Below are positions 21,138 through 31,915 of a stretch of DNA of 64,000 nt, in pieces. A program made the translations under genes and the position numbers. The notes below the pieces were generated by a model, which was not told the DNA's origin, did no database searches, and saw only the letters and a program-made list of their open reading frames with translations. The stretch lies in NCBI GenBank assembly GCA_963666285.1, contig OY762711.1. One strand, given 5' to 3'. The DNA is from Sedimentisphaerales bacterium (GTDB lineage: Bacteria; Planctomycetota; Phycisphaerae; Sedimentisphaerales; SM23-30). Positions within the stretch are counted from its first letter, which is position 1. The number at the start of each line of letters is the position of its first letter.

Positions 21138-24100
21138 TTAGTTATTTAGCGGCGTTGTTTTTTTAAGAGTATATATTTTTTCTAATTCTTTAATGCTGTT
21201 AAGTGTATCGGGATGGTTTTTGCCAAGTACTTCTGTTCTGCCCATGACAGCTTCCTTCAATAAAAGTTCTGCACGATCATAACGGCCCAGCAATATATTT
21301 AAGGTTCCATTGCCATGAATTGAAAGTAATGTTTGGGGGTCTTTGTCTCCCAGTACTTTTCTTCTGCCGGCAAGTGCTTTAGAATAATAAACTTCCGCTT
21401 GCTCTAACTTTCCCCAGTATTTGTAAAGGACAGAAAGTTTTATCATTGCAACTAATGTTGCGGGATGCATTTCGCCCAAAACAGCGGTTTTTCTATCTAA
21501 AACTTCAATAAATAGAGGTTCAGCTTTTTCATACTGCTCTGTATTCAAATATAAGGAGGCTAAATTATTTATTGTTTTCAATGTTGTCGGGTGATCTATC
21601 CCTAATGTAACCTTATAATTTTCTATGGCTTTTAAGAAAAGTATTTCAGCTTCCTGATATTTTTCGATTTTTTCATAAAATGAGGCTGTCTGACGCATTA
21701 CCCAGGAATATAGACTATGCTCTTGTTCATATTTATCTGCACAGCTTTTCATTGCTTCTTCATACAATGGTTTGGCTTGATCGTATTGCTTCAAATCTTT
21801 ATAAATAATGGCAAGGTTTACAATTGTTGCTATTGTGTTAGGTGCATCATTTCCATCTACTTCACGGAGCCCCTGTAGAGCTTCTATATATTTTTCTTTT
21901 GCTAATTCTAAATAACCCATATTGGAGTACAGTATGGCGAGGTTGTTGAGAGAGCTGAGTGTTCTGGAACCATGTTTTCCGTCAATCTTGGCTATCTCTT
22001 CATATACCTTCTCCAAAACAGGTTTTGCTTTATCATATAAGCCTTGTGATGTATATATATCAGCTAAATTGCCTTTTGTGATCAAAGTATCTAAATGATT
22101 GCCGCCTAGGACGGCTTCTTCGATGGCAATTGCCTTGTTGTAGTATGTAATAGCGTCATCATATTTCCCATTATTGGATAAAAAATTCGCGTAATTGTTA
22201 TAAACTGAAGCTGTAATGGGATGTTCTTCTCCCCATACATCAATACTGAGTGAGATTATCTCTTTAAATAAATTTTCAGCTTTATTGATTTGACCGGTTT
22301 GTTTATATAATAAAGCCAGATTAAGCATCGATTTAATTGTATCCGGATGTTTTTTGCCCCAATTGTTAATTTTATGTTCCAGAGCTATAGTGAATAGTTT
22401 TTCGGCTTCCTCATAGCGGCCGGTAACAGTATATATTTGAGCCAGATTATTTATAGAGTTTAACATTGAGGAATCTATCATATCTGGATTTTCGAGATAT
22501 GGCTTAAGTATTTTAAGAAACAATATCTCAGCTTCTTTGTATTTCCCTGTATCTGAATATAACGATGCAAGGTTATTTAATGCAACAGTTGTAAGAGGAT
22601 GCTCAAGGCCAAGTGTCTCTTGTCTTATTTCTAACACTTTTTTGCCTAATAATATTGCCTTATCATTCATATTCAAATGATAGTATATACTTGAAAGGTT
22701 TGCCATTACATTGATGGTTTGAGAGTTATTTTCACCAAGTTCCTTATTATAGATATCAAATGCCGGTTCAATATGTTCAAGGGCAATATTGTACCTGCCC
22801 AGTCCTTCATAGGTATTACCTAGAGTTTTTCGAACGGCAGCTTCAACTAAAGGAGCATTTTCAAATCTATTTTCAATTTTTTGGGAAGCGATATCCAGTA
22901 CGTCTCGTACAAGAACTTCTTTACCTTGCGCATTTTCAGGATCAACTGATGATAAAAGGTCTTTTGTTAGAAATTCATTAATAGCCTGGGCAATTTGTTT
23001 TTGCCGTTCGGCTTCTTCAAGTGCTTTTTTTGTTTCAATTTGCTGTTGTTCAGCTATATTTTTTTGTTTTTCAGCTTCTTGTTGCTTCTGTTCAGCATCA
23101 TTTTTTGCAATTGATTCATTATTGAGAGCTTGCTGGGTTTTATTTTTTTCAATGTTTAGCTTGATTGCCTGATAAGAGACAGTTACAGTTGATGCTAATA
23201 ATAGCAGGATAAATGCTGTCGAGCCAATTACAAGCGACTTATTTTTATACACAAATTTAGTTATTTTATATTTTACCGACTCCGGTCCTGCAATAAGCGG
23301 GTTCCCGGTTAGATAATTATGGATATCTTTCTCGAATTCAGATGCAGATGTGTATCTTTGGTTTCTTTCCTTGCGCAGGGCCATCATGGGAATCCATTCG
23401 AGCTCCTGGCTTAATCTTTTGGTAAGAGTTGTTACCGGTATTCTGCGGAGTTTGGCAATGTTCGGGGCCTTGTCCCTCATGCCGGACAGTTTGGTACTTG
23501 GTTTTTGGGGATCTACTTCCCTGATAATCCTTTGTATTTCATTATAACCGGCCTGTCTTAGTGTTTCTGGCTCAAAGGGCAATACACCGGCAAGCAGTTC
23601 GTACAGAATTACTCCAAGTGAATATATGTCGGTTCTTGTGTCGATTTCCTGTATTGATAGTCCGGCCTGCTCCGGGCTCATATATTCAGGAGTACCTAGC
23701 AGAGTTCCTCTTTCTGTAAAGAAAGTATTATCAGTTAAAGACTGATCCATTGCCTTGGCAATACCAAAATCTATGACTTTAGCAACTGCTTTTTTATCCT
23801 GCATAGCAACAAGGATATTGGATGGTTTTAGGTCTCTGTGGATTATTCCTTTTTGGTGTGCGTAATGAATGGCATTGCAAACTTCTTTAAATATATTCAG
23901 CCTTTCCTCTATTTTAAAATGTTCCCTGTCGCAGTATTTAGTTATTGGGATGCCCTCAATATATTCCATTACAAAATATGGCATTCCTGCGGTAGTTGCC
24001 CCGGCATCGAGTATTTTTGCTATATTTGGATGGTCAAATAATGTTAGTGCCTGCCTTTCAGCTTCAAATCGGTTAAGAACCTGCTTGGAGTCCATCCCAG

Positions 24101-24329
24101 GCTTAATGATTTTAAGTGCAACTTTTCTTTTAATCGGTTGTTCCTGTTGTGCCAGGTAAACGATTCCAAAACCACCTTCTCCCAGAACATCAATTAATTT
24201 ATATCTATCTACTGTGTTTCCCAGTTGGCTTTTAGGATTAATGTTAACTGCTGGCTGCTGGGAATCGATATAGCTCATCGTTGGAAATTTACTGTCATTT
24301 GAGTCCGGATTGTTGTTATTGCTATCCAT
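21138..24329 (-). CDS. Membrane Ser/Thr protein kinase with C-terminal TPR array
   Basis: LGEGGFG, VALKII, HRDLKPSN, DFG, GTPEYMSPE motifs; one TM segment (LVIGSTAFILLLLAS), coiled coil, then many 'LG.EHP.T....NNLA.LY' TPR repeats. Confidence 0.93.
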   Translation of the reverse strand: MDSNNNNPDSNDSKFPTMSYIDSQQPAVNINPKSQLGNTVDRYKLIDVLGEGGFGIVYLAQQEQPIKRKVALKIIKPGMDSKQVLNRFEAERQALTLFDHPNIAKILDAGATTAGMPYFVMEYIEGIPITKYCDREHFKIEERLNIFKEVCNAIHYAHQKGIIHRDLKPSNILVAMQDKKAVAKVIDFGIAKAMDQSLTDNTFFTERGTLLGTPEYMSPEQAGLSIQEIDTRTDIYSLGVILYELLAGVLPFEPETLRQAGYNEIQRIIREVDPQKPSTKLSGMRDKAPNIAKLRRIPVTTLTKRLSQELEWIPMMALRKERNQRYTSASEFEKDIHNYLTGNPLIAGPESVKYKITKFVYKNKSLVIGSTAFILLLLASTVTVSYQAIKLNIEKNKTQQALNNESIAKNDAEQKQQEAEKQKNIAEQQQIETKKALEEAERQKQIAQAINEFLTKDLLSSVDPENAQGKEVLVRDVLDIASQKIENRFENAPLVEAAVRKTLGNTYEGLGRYNIALEHIEPAFDIYNKELGENNSQTINVMANLSSIYYHLNMNDKAILLGKKVLEIRQETLGLEHPLTTVALNNLASLYSDTGKYKEAEILFLKILKPYLENPDMIDSSMLNSINNLAQIYTVTGRYEEAEKLFTIALEHKINNWGKKHPDTIKSMLNLALLYKQTGQINKAENLFKEIISLSIDVWGEEHPITASVYNNYANFLSNNGKYDDAITYYNKAIAIEEAVLGGNHLDTLITKGNLADIYTSQGLYDKAKPVLEKVYEEIAKIDGKHGSRTLSSLNNLAILYSNMGYLELAKEKYIEALQGLREVDGNDAPNTIATIVNLAIIYKDLKQYDQAKPLYEEAMKSCADKYEQEHSLYSWVMRQTASFYEKIEKYQEAEILFLKAIENYKVTLGIDHPTTLKTINNLASLYLNTEQYEKAEPLFIEVLDRKTAVLGEMHPATLVAMIKLSVLYKYWGKLEQAEVYYSKALAGRRKVLGDKDPQTLLSIHGNGTLNILLGRYDRAELLLKEAVMGRTEVLGKNHPDTLNSIKELEKIYTLKKTTPLNN

Positions 24330-24487
24330 GAGATCCTCTAACTGATTTAGAAAATAAAGCCTGTCATAACCATGTCTCTTAAATTGTATATAGGTTTCTT
24401 AATAAAACAAGAAAAATAGAATGGATTAGGTAACTTCTTTTAATAAGGCAGTTTATGGGGAGGTCATTTTTATTGAATAAAATACCA

Positions 24488-24524
24488 TTTTTGAGCAGGA
24501 TTGTAATTCAAGTTGAGTAACTAA
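24488..24524 (+). promoter_or_regulatory. Bipartite motif copy 1 (candidate ECF promoter)
   Basis: TTTTTGAGCAGGAT-N15-GTAACTAA, 120 bp upstream of 24645. Confidence 0.65.
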
Positions 24525-24644
24525 TACAGTAGTAAAAACAAATATAGTAATTTTCAGAGCAATATTACTGAAACTGAATATTGTATTTTCTGATAATAAT
24601 TACTATGAGATTGCATGTGTTATTTAATCTGAAAGGGTATAATC

Positions 24645-25070
24645 ATGAAATACGAAACTGATTTTAACAATTCTATTAAGATAGACAGTCTTGGAATGGC
24701 TGGCAATGCATCTATTGATATATATGATAGATATATATCAATTAAAGGCCGCAAATTTAACTGCGGCATAGTTAGAATTTTGAGCTTTATCTCATCATTT
24801 CTTTTTGTTACCTGCCTTGCCGTTATGTTTAATCTTAGCCTGGCTTTGTCAGGTGCAAGTTGTATGGGTGTTATAGTAATCTTTTGTTTTTCGATATTGA
24901 AACGTTCTACTGTATATTATAGTAAATCTACGGTTAACCATTTCAAAAGATACAGAAATGTTATTCTATTTAAAGCTACTGAACCTGGGCACAACTTACC
25001 GAGTGTAATTAAATTTAAAGCCAAAACTGAAAAGGATGCGATTGCTCTGGAAAATGCAATTGCCTGTTAA
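24645..25070 (+). CDS. Hypothetical 141-aa membrane protein, paralog of 32639..33064
   Basis: Two central hydrophobic segments; ungapped similarity to 32639 (LGMAG.ASIDI, FKAKTE..AIA.E.A.AC). Confidence 0.75.
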   Translation: MKYETDFNNSIKIDSLGMAGNASIDIYDRYISIKGRKFNCGIVRILSFISSFLFVTCLAVMFNLSLALSGASCMGVIVIFCFSILKRSTVYYSKSTVNHFKRYRNVILFKATEPGHNLPSVIKFKAKTEKDAIALENAIAC

Positions 25071-25132
25071 TTGATTATTTAGTAATGTATGTATGCAAAG
25101 TTCCATTCCATAATAGAACTTTGTAAATATTC

Positions 25133-26236
25133 TTAAAAATTATTTTTATTGGTATTATTTATTTTCAACACTTCTTTAATGGACCTGCTGTCTGCAACCA
25201 GATGAGTGATTATATGCGTTTCCTGGTTAAGGACGGCATTTAAAATACTGGACTTGGTTTTGCTGCATTTAGCACAAGGGCCCAATATTAATAATACTTT
25301 TTTATCTTTATTTATGAAATAATTTAACTCCTGCAGATTTTTAAGTAATGTCATAGAGCGTATCACTGTTACATTCGGATCTATTGCTTCCTTTTCGCCT
25401 ATAGGAAGCCAAAGTAAGTCTCCAATGCAATTTGCATTTTCTAATTTTTTCAAACATCCTTTAGAATTATTCATGTATTGCTTAAAAAGACTATGCTCAT
25501 CATCCCATGATGTGGCCGATGTTACGAATATGTCAATCTTTTCCTTTTCTTGAAACGCCTCTTTAACCCCGGCACGTTTTGTGATTTCTACATAATCTTT
25601 GGACTTGATCAGTGGTAAAGCATATAGACCGACAAAATCATATAAATTATTTGTTTCATTTTCCGACAGGAAAAACGTGAAGAAAGTATTCGGATCGGTT
25701 TTGGGTTCATGAACATTAAATCCGGCAACTAAAGCGTGAAAAAATATTTTTTGTGGAATTGGCTCCCGAAGATTTTCCAGAAGTTTTGAAAACTGATATG
25801 CCAGGATTCGCATCGCATGACCACCGGCAAAACCTACATGGATCTCTGATTTTTCAGAATGTCTGTATTCTTTTATTAAATCAAGCAGCATGTTGGCACC
25901 ATGAAAAGCAACATCGGAAAAGGTGGATGTGTGTACCACTTCAGAACGGGTGAGCCAGCTGTACCTGCTCTTAAATTGCATGCTGAGGTGAGCGTCAGTT
26001 GTAGGAGTATATTGAATCAGTTTATATTTCATAGCCTTATAGACCAGCGGCAGGATACTTTCTCGCGTTAAATTGACATTGGTATAGGCAGCTTTGATTT
26101 CTGTCAAAATTTCTGTCATTTTTAACCGCTGAAAAAACAGGTCGCAAACAACTGTAAGTTGTTCAAACTCATCCAGGGACTGCCAGGACATACAAGGGCT
26201 TGAAGACGCAGGGGAAACATCATTTTTTGTGGCCAT
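25133..26236 (-). CDS. SorC/LsrR-like sugar-binding transcriptional regulator
   Basis: N-terminal HTH-like region (VCDLFFQRLKMTEI...LTRESILPLVYKA); IHVGFAGGHAM and CIGDLLWLP resemble the sugar-binding domain. Confidence 0.65.
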   Translation of the reverse strand: MATKNDVSPASSSPCMSWQSLDEFEQLTVVCDLFFQRLKMTEILTEIKAAYTNVNLTRESILPLVYKAMKYKLIQYTPTTDAHLSMQFKSRYSWLTRSEVVHTSTFSDVAFHGANMLLDLIKEYRHSEKSEIHVGFAGGHAMRILAYQFSKLLENLREPIPQKIFFHALVAGFNVHEPKTDPNTFFTFFLSENETNNLYDFVGLYALPLIKSKDYVEITKRAGVKEAFQEKEKIDIFVTSATSWDDEHSLFKQYMNNSKGCLKKLENANCIGDLLWLPIGEKEAIDPNVTVIRSMTLLKNLQELNYFINKDKKVLLILGPCAKCSKTKSSILNAVLNQETHIITHLVADSRSIKEVLKINNTNKNNF

Positions 26237-26284
26237 AGTATCACCTAATTTGCTGGTATATTATTGATTATTTTGTAATTAAAA

Positions 26285-26306
26285 ATTGCGAATGATTGTT
26301 CGCAAT
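26285..26306. promoter_or_regulatory. Palindromic operator upstream of the SorC-like gene
   Basis: ATTGCGAA-TGATTG-TTCGCAAT, perfect 8-bp inverted repeat about 50 bp before the start codon. Confidence 0.5.
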
Positions 26307-26677
26307 CCATATATTTATAATGGCAATCGAGAAATCTTACAAGCAATTTGTCATTTTTCAGTGTAAATCGTTGCATTATATAGTTTTACGGTTGTGCTTT
26401 TTCTTGCCTTTGTTTTCGCTTACTGCTAAAGTAACTATTGTTTAGCGTGGCTCTCCTTTTGGGGCTGCGGCATAAAAAAAATATTTTGCCTGGTGTTGCT
26501 ATGTTGTTGAATTCTATAATTTTACTCGTTTCGTCTTGTTTGTGGGGCAGTTATTTCAATTTTCTCTTCATCGCATTGTTTTCTATTTTCGTGCTCTTGT
26601 ATTTCTGTTTCCTGTGTCGTGTTGTTTATATTCGTTATTTTGCTGTAGTTTAATATTTAATTCTGCGGAGGTCTATT

Positions 26678-27694
26678 ATGCAAAGTTTAATAAGTCAATT
26701 TCTGTCCAAATACAAAAATTATGCTGCTGGTGAGTTGAAAAATATTGTTCAGTCTGATAATTATGATTTTGCGGACAACTGGTCCCGGTTCCTTTTTCGC
26801 GAATTGCTATTTGTTTTATTATTGGGTACTGAATTAGACCATTATCTGTCTCAAAATTATGGTTTGCTGCTGCGGTTGAAATCGTTAGGTTCTCAAAAGG
26901 ATGTAAATAACCTGTACAAAGTGAGACAAGAAATCCTGAGACTGTTTCTTCGGGTAGCTGATGCCGAAGCTCAACTGAAAAGGTGCGAAAAGTCAGCACA
27001 GGAAATTCGAGATGAATATCTTGAAAAATTTGGTACGTTCGAAAATGAAATATCTGCCATGATGCTTCAGTTTGCGGTTATTCAGGAATATCTTGAGTTG
27101 ACCGAAAGGTTTACCGGGAAAACTAAGGAAGCTCTCCTGGAAATGGCTAAACAAAACCTGGAATATGAAAACAGGTTAAAGGAAAATCAGTTCGATCTGT
27201 TTAAGATCAAAGAAATGAAGTTGAAAAACAGTATTGAAAGGAAAAAACGTGCCGAGATACTAAATCTTTGTGCTAAAGATAAACATATTTATTATGACTG
27301 TAATAATAATGGTCCGGACTATACGGATACAATATACAAAGTGATGCAGGCTAGAGATAATGTTTCTGCTGAAGATTGTCTGTTTTATTATTATTTCTCT
27401 GAGTATGTAAAAACTGAATCGAAACCTCTTCCGGAGATTCAATACCTGGGAAATGGCAGTGTTGTAGAAATTCTTGCGGTTCAGAATTCACTTTACAATA
27501 TTCTCCAGGTTAAATCAGATTCATCGTGCAGGCGTCTGGAACAGTTATTCAGCAGTGAATTGAACCGTATGTCTAGTGTTATTAGTTCGTCTAATGCTGA
27601 AAAATCTCATGAAGATTTTCTTGTCAGCAGGGTATCAGAGCTCAAAAATACTGTAAGTAGTCTGAAAAAGAAGTATGATATTGATTTATGCTAG
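26678..27694 (+). CDS. Hypothetical helical/coiled-coil protein
   Basis: 338-aa ORF with GGAGG RBS; no family recognised. Confidence 0.7.
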   Translation: MQSLISQFLSKYKNYAAGELKNIVQSDNYDFADNWSRFLFRELLFVLLLGTELDHYLSQNYGLLLRLKSLGSQKDVNNLYKVRQEILRLFLRVADAEAQLKRCEKSAQEIRDEYLEKFGTFENEISAMMLQFAVIQEYLELTERFTGKTKEALLEMAKQNLEYENRLKENQFDLFKIKEMKLKNSIERKKRAEILNLCAKDKHIYYDCNNNGPDYTDTIYKVMQARDNVSAEDCLFYYYFSEYVKTESKPLPEIQYLGNGSVVEILAVQNSLYNILQVKSDSSCRRLEQLFSSELNRMSSVISSSNAEKSHEDFLVSRVSELKNTVSSLKKKYDIDLC

Positions 27695-27781
27695 GAATAC
27701 CTGAAACTACGGTCTTGCAAATTTAGAGCGGATATACCATAATAATACAGGCAATATAAATCAATAATTGTGCATAAGTGC

Positions 27782-27990
27782 GGTTTATGCTTCGCATCAT
27801 ATGCATGATGCACTTTTGACTGTTCAACATTACACGCAAAGGCCGAAATAGGGCCAATTAAGTGAAAAATGAATAAAGAATAGTGAAAATTTAAGGTGTT
27901 CGACTTTCGTCTCACATTTTGTTTAAATTCAAAATGTTGCAGAAAGGCCCTTTTAGGCGATTTTGCAACTTAAAACTGCGAAAGTAAACC
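27782..27990 (-). repeat. ~200-bp dispersed repeat family A, copy 1
   Basis: Reverse complement aligns with 46177-46365; ends GGTTTATGCTTCGCA ... TGCGAAAGTAAACC are imperfect inverted repeats. Confidence 0.85.
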
Positions 27991-28033
27991 ATAATAAAGT
28001 TCGATTTTATGCCTGTTTCAGGAGTAACGAATA

Positions 28034-29311
28034 TTGAAAGCTGTTCAAATAGAGAAGCTGGAGCGGGGGATAATAGCCCGGTTTTGTCTTTATGGCTTTC
28101 TGAAAAATCAGAGATATTTTGAGCCATTTATACTGCTGGCTTTCATGGAAAAGGGGCTGTCTTTTTTTCAAATTGGTTTACTGGTAGGTTTTAGGGCACT
28201 GGTAGTAAATCTGCTTGAGATACCTTCAGGGGCAATTGCAGATCTATATGGTAGAATACGCACAATGATCTTTGCCTTTTGTGCGCATACTTTGTGTTTC
28301 TTAGTTTTTGCTTTTAGTGAACATTTATGGCATCTTTTCGCAGCAATGTTACTTTTTGGAATTGGTGAGGCTTTTCGAACGGGCACCCATAAAGCGATCA
28401 TTTTCGATTACCTCAAAAGTCGTGGACAACAGGACCAGAAGGTCAGGATTTACGGCCTTACCAGGAGTTTTTCTGAGACCGGTTCGGCTCTGTCGGCAAT
28501 CATAGCTGCAATTTTGATCTTTTGGCGTGGGAATTATAGTGATATCTTCTGGTTGTGTGCAATTCCATCTTTACTGAATATTATAAACTTCCTGGGATAT
28601 CCTGAATATCTCGAAAAGAAGTCGGCCAATAAATCACTTGATTTCAAACTTGTTTATCTTCATGTCTATAACTCCTTCAGGGGAATATGGAACGATAGCT
28701 GCCAGGGTAGAATTATACTGGAATCCTGCTGTTTTGACGGTACTTTAAAAGTTGTAAAAGATTATAATCAAATAGTTATCAAAAAGATTGCTCTGGGTCT
28801 TCCCCTCTTTACTGCTATTGCATCAGAAAAAAGGGTTGCTCTGCTAATAGGGATTGTTTATAGCTCTCTTTACATTATGACGAGTATTTCTGCCCGTATT
28901 TCATGGAGAATATGTGCCATTTACGGCAATGAAGATAATGCTTCCAGGCGAATATGGCAAGGTTCGGCTGCACTGTATAGTTTGATGGCTGTATCTCTTT
29001 TTTTCGATCTTCCATATTTTTCTATATTGCCTTTTATTGCGATTCTCATACTGCATAGCATGTGGCGGCCAATAATGATGGGAAGAATAAATACCTGCTG
29101 CCGGCAGGAACATGCTGCAACTACGTTATCCATCGAGTCTCAAAGCAGTTCCTTTTTTGCGATGCTGCTGGCTCCATTGCTTGGTTTTGCTGTTGACAGT
29201 TTTGGGTTAACTTCTATTGCGATAGTTGGATTTGTAATTTGTTTGAGCTTTATTCTGACTGGAAAAAGAAGTCTTGCGGAATTGTGTTCTAAATCATCCA
29301 GTCATACATGA
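28034..29311 (+). CDS. MFS transporter
   Basis: About 12 TM segments; EIPSGAIADLYGR and GEAFRTGTHKA motifs. Confidence 0.88.
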   Translation: MKAVQIEKLERGIIARFCLYGFLKNQRYFEPFILLAFMEKGLSFFQIGLLVGFRALVVNLLEIPSGAIADLYGRIRTMIFAFCAHTLCFLVFAFSEHLWHLFAAMLLFGIGEAFRTGTHKAIIFDYLKSRGQQDQKVRIYGLTRSFSETGSALSAIIAAILIFWRGNYSDIFWLCAIPSLLNIINFLGYPEYLEKKSANKSLDFKLVYLHVYNSFRGIWNDSCQGRIILESCCFDGTLKVVKDYNQIVIKKIALGLPLFTAIASEKRVALLIGIVYSSLYIMTSISARISWRICAIYGNEDNASRRIWQGSAALYSLMAVSLFFDLPYFSILPFIAILILHSMWRPIMMGRINTCCRQEHAATTLSIESQSSSFFAMLLAPLLGFAVDSFGLTSIAIVGFVICLSFILTGKRSLAELCSKSSSHT

Positions 29312-29387
29312 TGGCGATAAATCTGGTGGTATTATCATAATACTATCAGGTTGTTGCAGGTATTACAAAAATAGTATTAGACTATAG

Positions 29388-29909
29388 TTATTGCATCTCG
29401 TCACATATGGAAATAGCTTTGCTGAGTAAATCAGAAATTTCCATTCCTATCCAGTCCTGGCTTATGATTTTTTCAAGAGATCCCTTTATCTCCATATAGC
29501 TAAAGGAGCTTATCCTGGTGCCATTGTGGAATACCAGGGCGCTGCTTATTGCGGCATAATAAATTACGACAGAAACTTCTTGAAATAATTTATCATCTAT
29601 TTCTTTACGTTTTTTCTTTAAATCCTGCTTAATCTGCAGGAGTTGGTTAAGTTGGCTGTTAGGTGAAAGGAGAACAGTTAATAATGTCTGCTGGTTTTCT
29701 ATGCTATGGGCTTCGGCAAGTAAATTATTAAACATAACTGACCGGTCTTTATGTATCACATGGTCGAATTCAAATTTCTGCTCCAATATTGAATATAAAA
29801 ATTCACTTTTATCTGGGTTGCTATTTGAAATGTTACTGTCTTGAGTGCAGGATTTCAAAAAAGTGGTTAGCTTTTCTGGATTAACATTAATGAGAGTTTT
29901 TTTATCCAT
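29388..29909 (-). CDS. Hypothetical helical protein immediately downstream of the ECF sigma gene
   Basis: 173-aa ORF with AAGGA RBS; contains VIYYAAISSALVFH. Confidence 0.7.
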   Translation of the reverse strand: MDKKTLINVNPEKLTTFLKSCTQDSNISNSNPDKSEFLYSILEQKFEFDHVIHKDRSVMFNNLLAEAHSIENQQTLLTVLLSPNSQLNQLLQIKQDLKKKRKEIDDKLFQEVSVVIYYAAISSALVFHNGTRISSFSYMEIKGSLEKIISQDWIGMEISDLLSKAISICDEMQ

Positions 29910-29949
29910 ATTTATTCCTTCTTTACAAAATATAGTATTATGCTTATTG

Positions 29950-29986
29950 ATATATATGCCAATACTATTATTATCTTGCGCAAAAA
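29950..29986 (-). promoter_or_regulatory. Bipartite motif copy 2
   Basis: Minus strand TTTTTGCGCAAGAT-N15-ATATATAT, 40 bp upstream of 29909. Confidence 0.55.
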
Positions 29987-29992
29987 AAACAA

Positions 29993-30715
29993 TTATCCAA
30001 AAAATTCTATAAAATGATTTAGATAGTTGTCGTCGGAATTTTCTTCTGAAAAAGTGCCGGCCAGCATGTCGGTTAGTGTCTTTTTAAGTCTTCTTTTTAC
30101 AGTAACTAACATATTTGAAGCTGTTGATTCTGAGCCAATATCATACCTGCTGCATAGCTCGCTCATCGAGGGGGCTTTAACGTTTTCCATAAGCGGTTTG
30201 ATCAATTTTTCGTCAAAAACATTCCAGTGAATCTCCAGCTTATTTTCATAACACTGCGTCTTTACAGATGTTAAAGCTTTTTCCAGGATATTTACCGCCC
30301 AGATATAATCAAAGGCTTTTGCCGGGTCATTGGGAACATGTTCCGGCAAATCAAATTCCAGGTCGCTGTATGATGAGGTGCTGTCATGTTTTTTGGTTTT
30401 ACGTATGGAAGATTTGATATGATTGTCAAAAGAAGTCAGCAAAAAAGTTCTGAATTTCCCTCTTTCCGGGTCTGCTTTACTTAAAAAATCTTTTTCATAT
30501 AAGATTTTCAGGAGAAAATCCTGGGTATGATCCTTTGCGTTTTCTCGAGGGATTCCCTTACGTACCAGATAGGTATACAATGGTTTCCAGTAAACAGAAA
30601 ATATATATTCTTCCAGTATCTGGCCATCATCCGGTTTAGACTGTATGAATGTCCATTGAGTTGCTGGAAACTGAATATTGTTCCCGCCAATCCACGTTTG
30701 TTGCTTGTTATTCAT
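29993..30715 (-). CDS. ECF sigma factor of the planctomycete Ser/Thr kinase-associated type
   Basis: FPATQW N-terminal motif, YWKPLYTYL, AKDHTQDF, ADPERGKFRTFLL, FDYIWA. Start could be 30715 or 30772. Confidence 0.8.
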   Translation of the reverse strand: MNNKQQTWIGGNNIQFPATQWTFIQSKPDDGQILEEYIFSVYWKPLYTYLVRKGIPRENAKDHTQDFLLKILYEKDFLSKADPERGKFRTFLLTSFDNHIKSSIRKTKKHDSTSSYSDLEFDLPEHVPNDPAKAFDYIWAVNILEKALTSVKTQCYENKLEIHWNVFDEKLIKPLMENVKAPSMSELCSRYDIGSESTASNMLVTVKRRLKKTLTDMLAGTFSEENSDDNYLNHFIEFFG

Positions 30716-30894
30716 TATAATGCTCTTGGAATTACCAAATACTAATATTAATGTACAGCCATCTTTCAGCATTATTATAGCGGATATATAAAATATTTCT
30801 AGGAAATTGTCTTTTATCTAAACCGCATAAGTCTTTTGTAGTTAGTCTGTTACGTGTCTGTTACAGTTATTTTCCTGAGTTTCTCTTCTGCCGG

Positions 30895-30926
30895 GCGCAA
30901 GATAAGTGTTTTTACTGAATATATAT
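30895..30926 (+). promoter_or_regulatory. Bipartite motif copy 3
   Basis: GCGCAAGAT-N15-ATATATAT upstream of 31004. Confidence 0.55.
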
Positions 30927-31003
30927 TGCAGATTGTTAAGTTCAGTGACTGACAATGAAAGTTATCAATTTAAGTGATATTAAGAATTATAAGGAGTTAA
31001 AAA

Positions 31004-31915
31004 ATGTTAAAGAAAATTATTATTCTGGCTGTATTTACTTTCACCTGCCTGGCAGGGTGTGACAAAAATGACTCCCAGTCAAATACCGGAATAGCTGGTA
31101 GATCCAGCCTGACAGGTAAGTGGATCAGGGTTAATGATGGTTTCGAAAATATGGTAATAGAAATAACCAGTGATGTAAATGGAAACCTCAACGCAGATCT
31201 AATCTATGTTCCTGAATATGCATTGAACTACGGTTTTGAGTATGGTGACAAAAAAATTGTGTCTATTACTAAAACAGGATCCAATGAATTTTCTGCCCAA
31301 AGTTTATGCAAGTCATTTGATGGATATAATTATTTAACAGTAAACTATTCAGCGGTAAAAATTATTCAGTCAAATGATAAGTTAGTCATAAAGGATATGG
31401 TCTGGCAAAATAGATCTATTGGAAACATTCAGCATTGGGAACGAATTGCTGACGGAGATTCCAAAATGGCGTTTTACTATTACGGCAAGAGCAAAATTGC
31501 AGCAGATATTTCAAAATACAACGATAAAAATAAATATATCGCAAAAGCATTAAAAGCAGGTACTGATTCAGCTGAATTAGCTAATATTATAGCATGGGAT
31601 CTTGCGATAGATGGAAATGCTGACTGTACCAAAGCCCTGGATCTTGCCAAGAAGGCTTGTTCAAAGACTAATTATCAGAACCACATATATATCGATACAT
31701 TAGCAGCAGTATTTGCCCGTTTAGGATACTTTGAAAATGCAATTGATATTCAACAAAAGGCCTGCAAGTTATACATTGATAACTTTCAAAGTCTGTGGGT
31801 AGGCAGCAGCTCCGCTGAAAAGATTAAATATTGTAAGGAATATGATGATGATTACATTGCATATCTCAATAGATTAAATCTATACAAATCAAATCGACCT
31901 TATACTGAATATTGA
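31004..31915 (+). CDS. Lipoprotein with C-terminal TPR-like region
   Basis: Lipobox LAGC; N.IAW.LA...ALDLAKKAC...YIDTLAAVFARLG.F..A TPR-type motif; AAGGAG RBS. Confidence 0.8.
   Translation: MLKKIIILAVFTFTCLAGCDKNDSQSNTGIAGRSSLTGKWIRVNDGFENMVIEITSDVNGNLNADLIYVPEYALNYGFEYGDKKIVSITKTGSNEFSAQSLCKSFDGYNYLTVNYSAVKIIQSNDKLVIKDMVWQNRSIGNIQHWERIADGDSKMAFYYYGKSKIAADISKYNDKNKYIAKALKAGTDSAELANIIAWDLAIDGNADCTKALDLAKKACSKTNYQNHIYIDTLAAVFARLGYFENAIDIQQKACKLYIDNFQSLWVGSSSAEKIKYCKEYDDDYIAYLNRLNLYKSNRPYTEY

Noticed and set aside
20882..21166. 94-aa ORF between the lyase and kinase genes
   Set aside because: No RBS or recognisable motif; overlaps the kinase 3' end.
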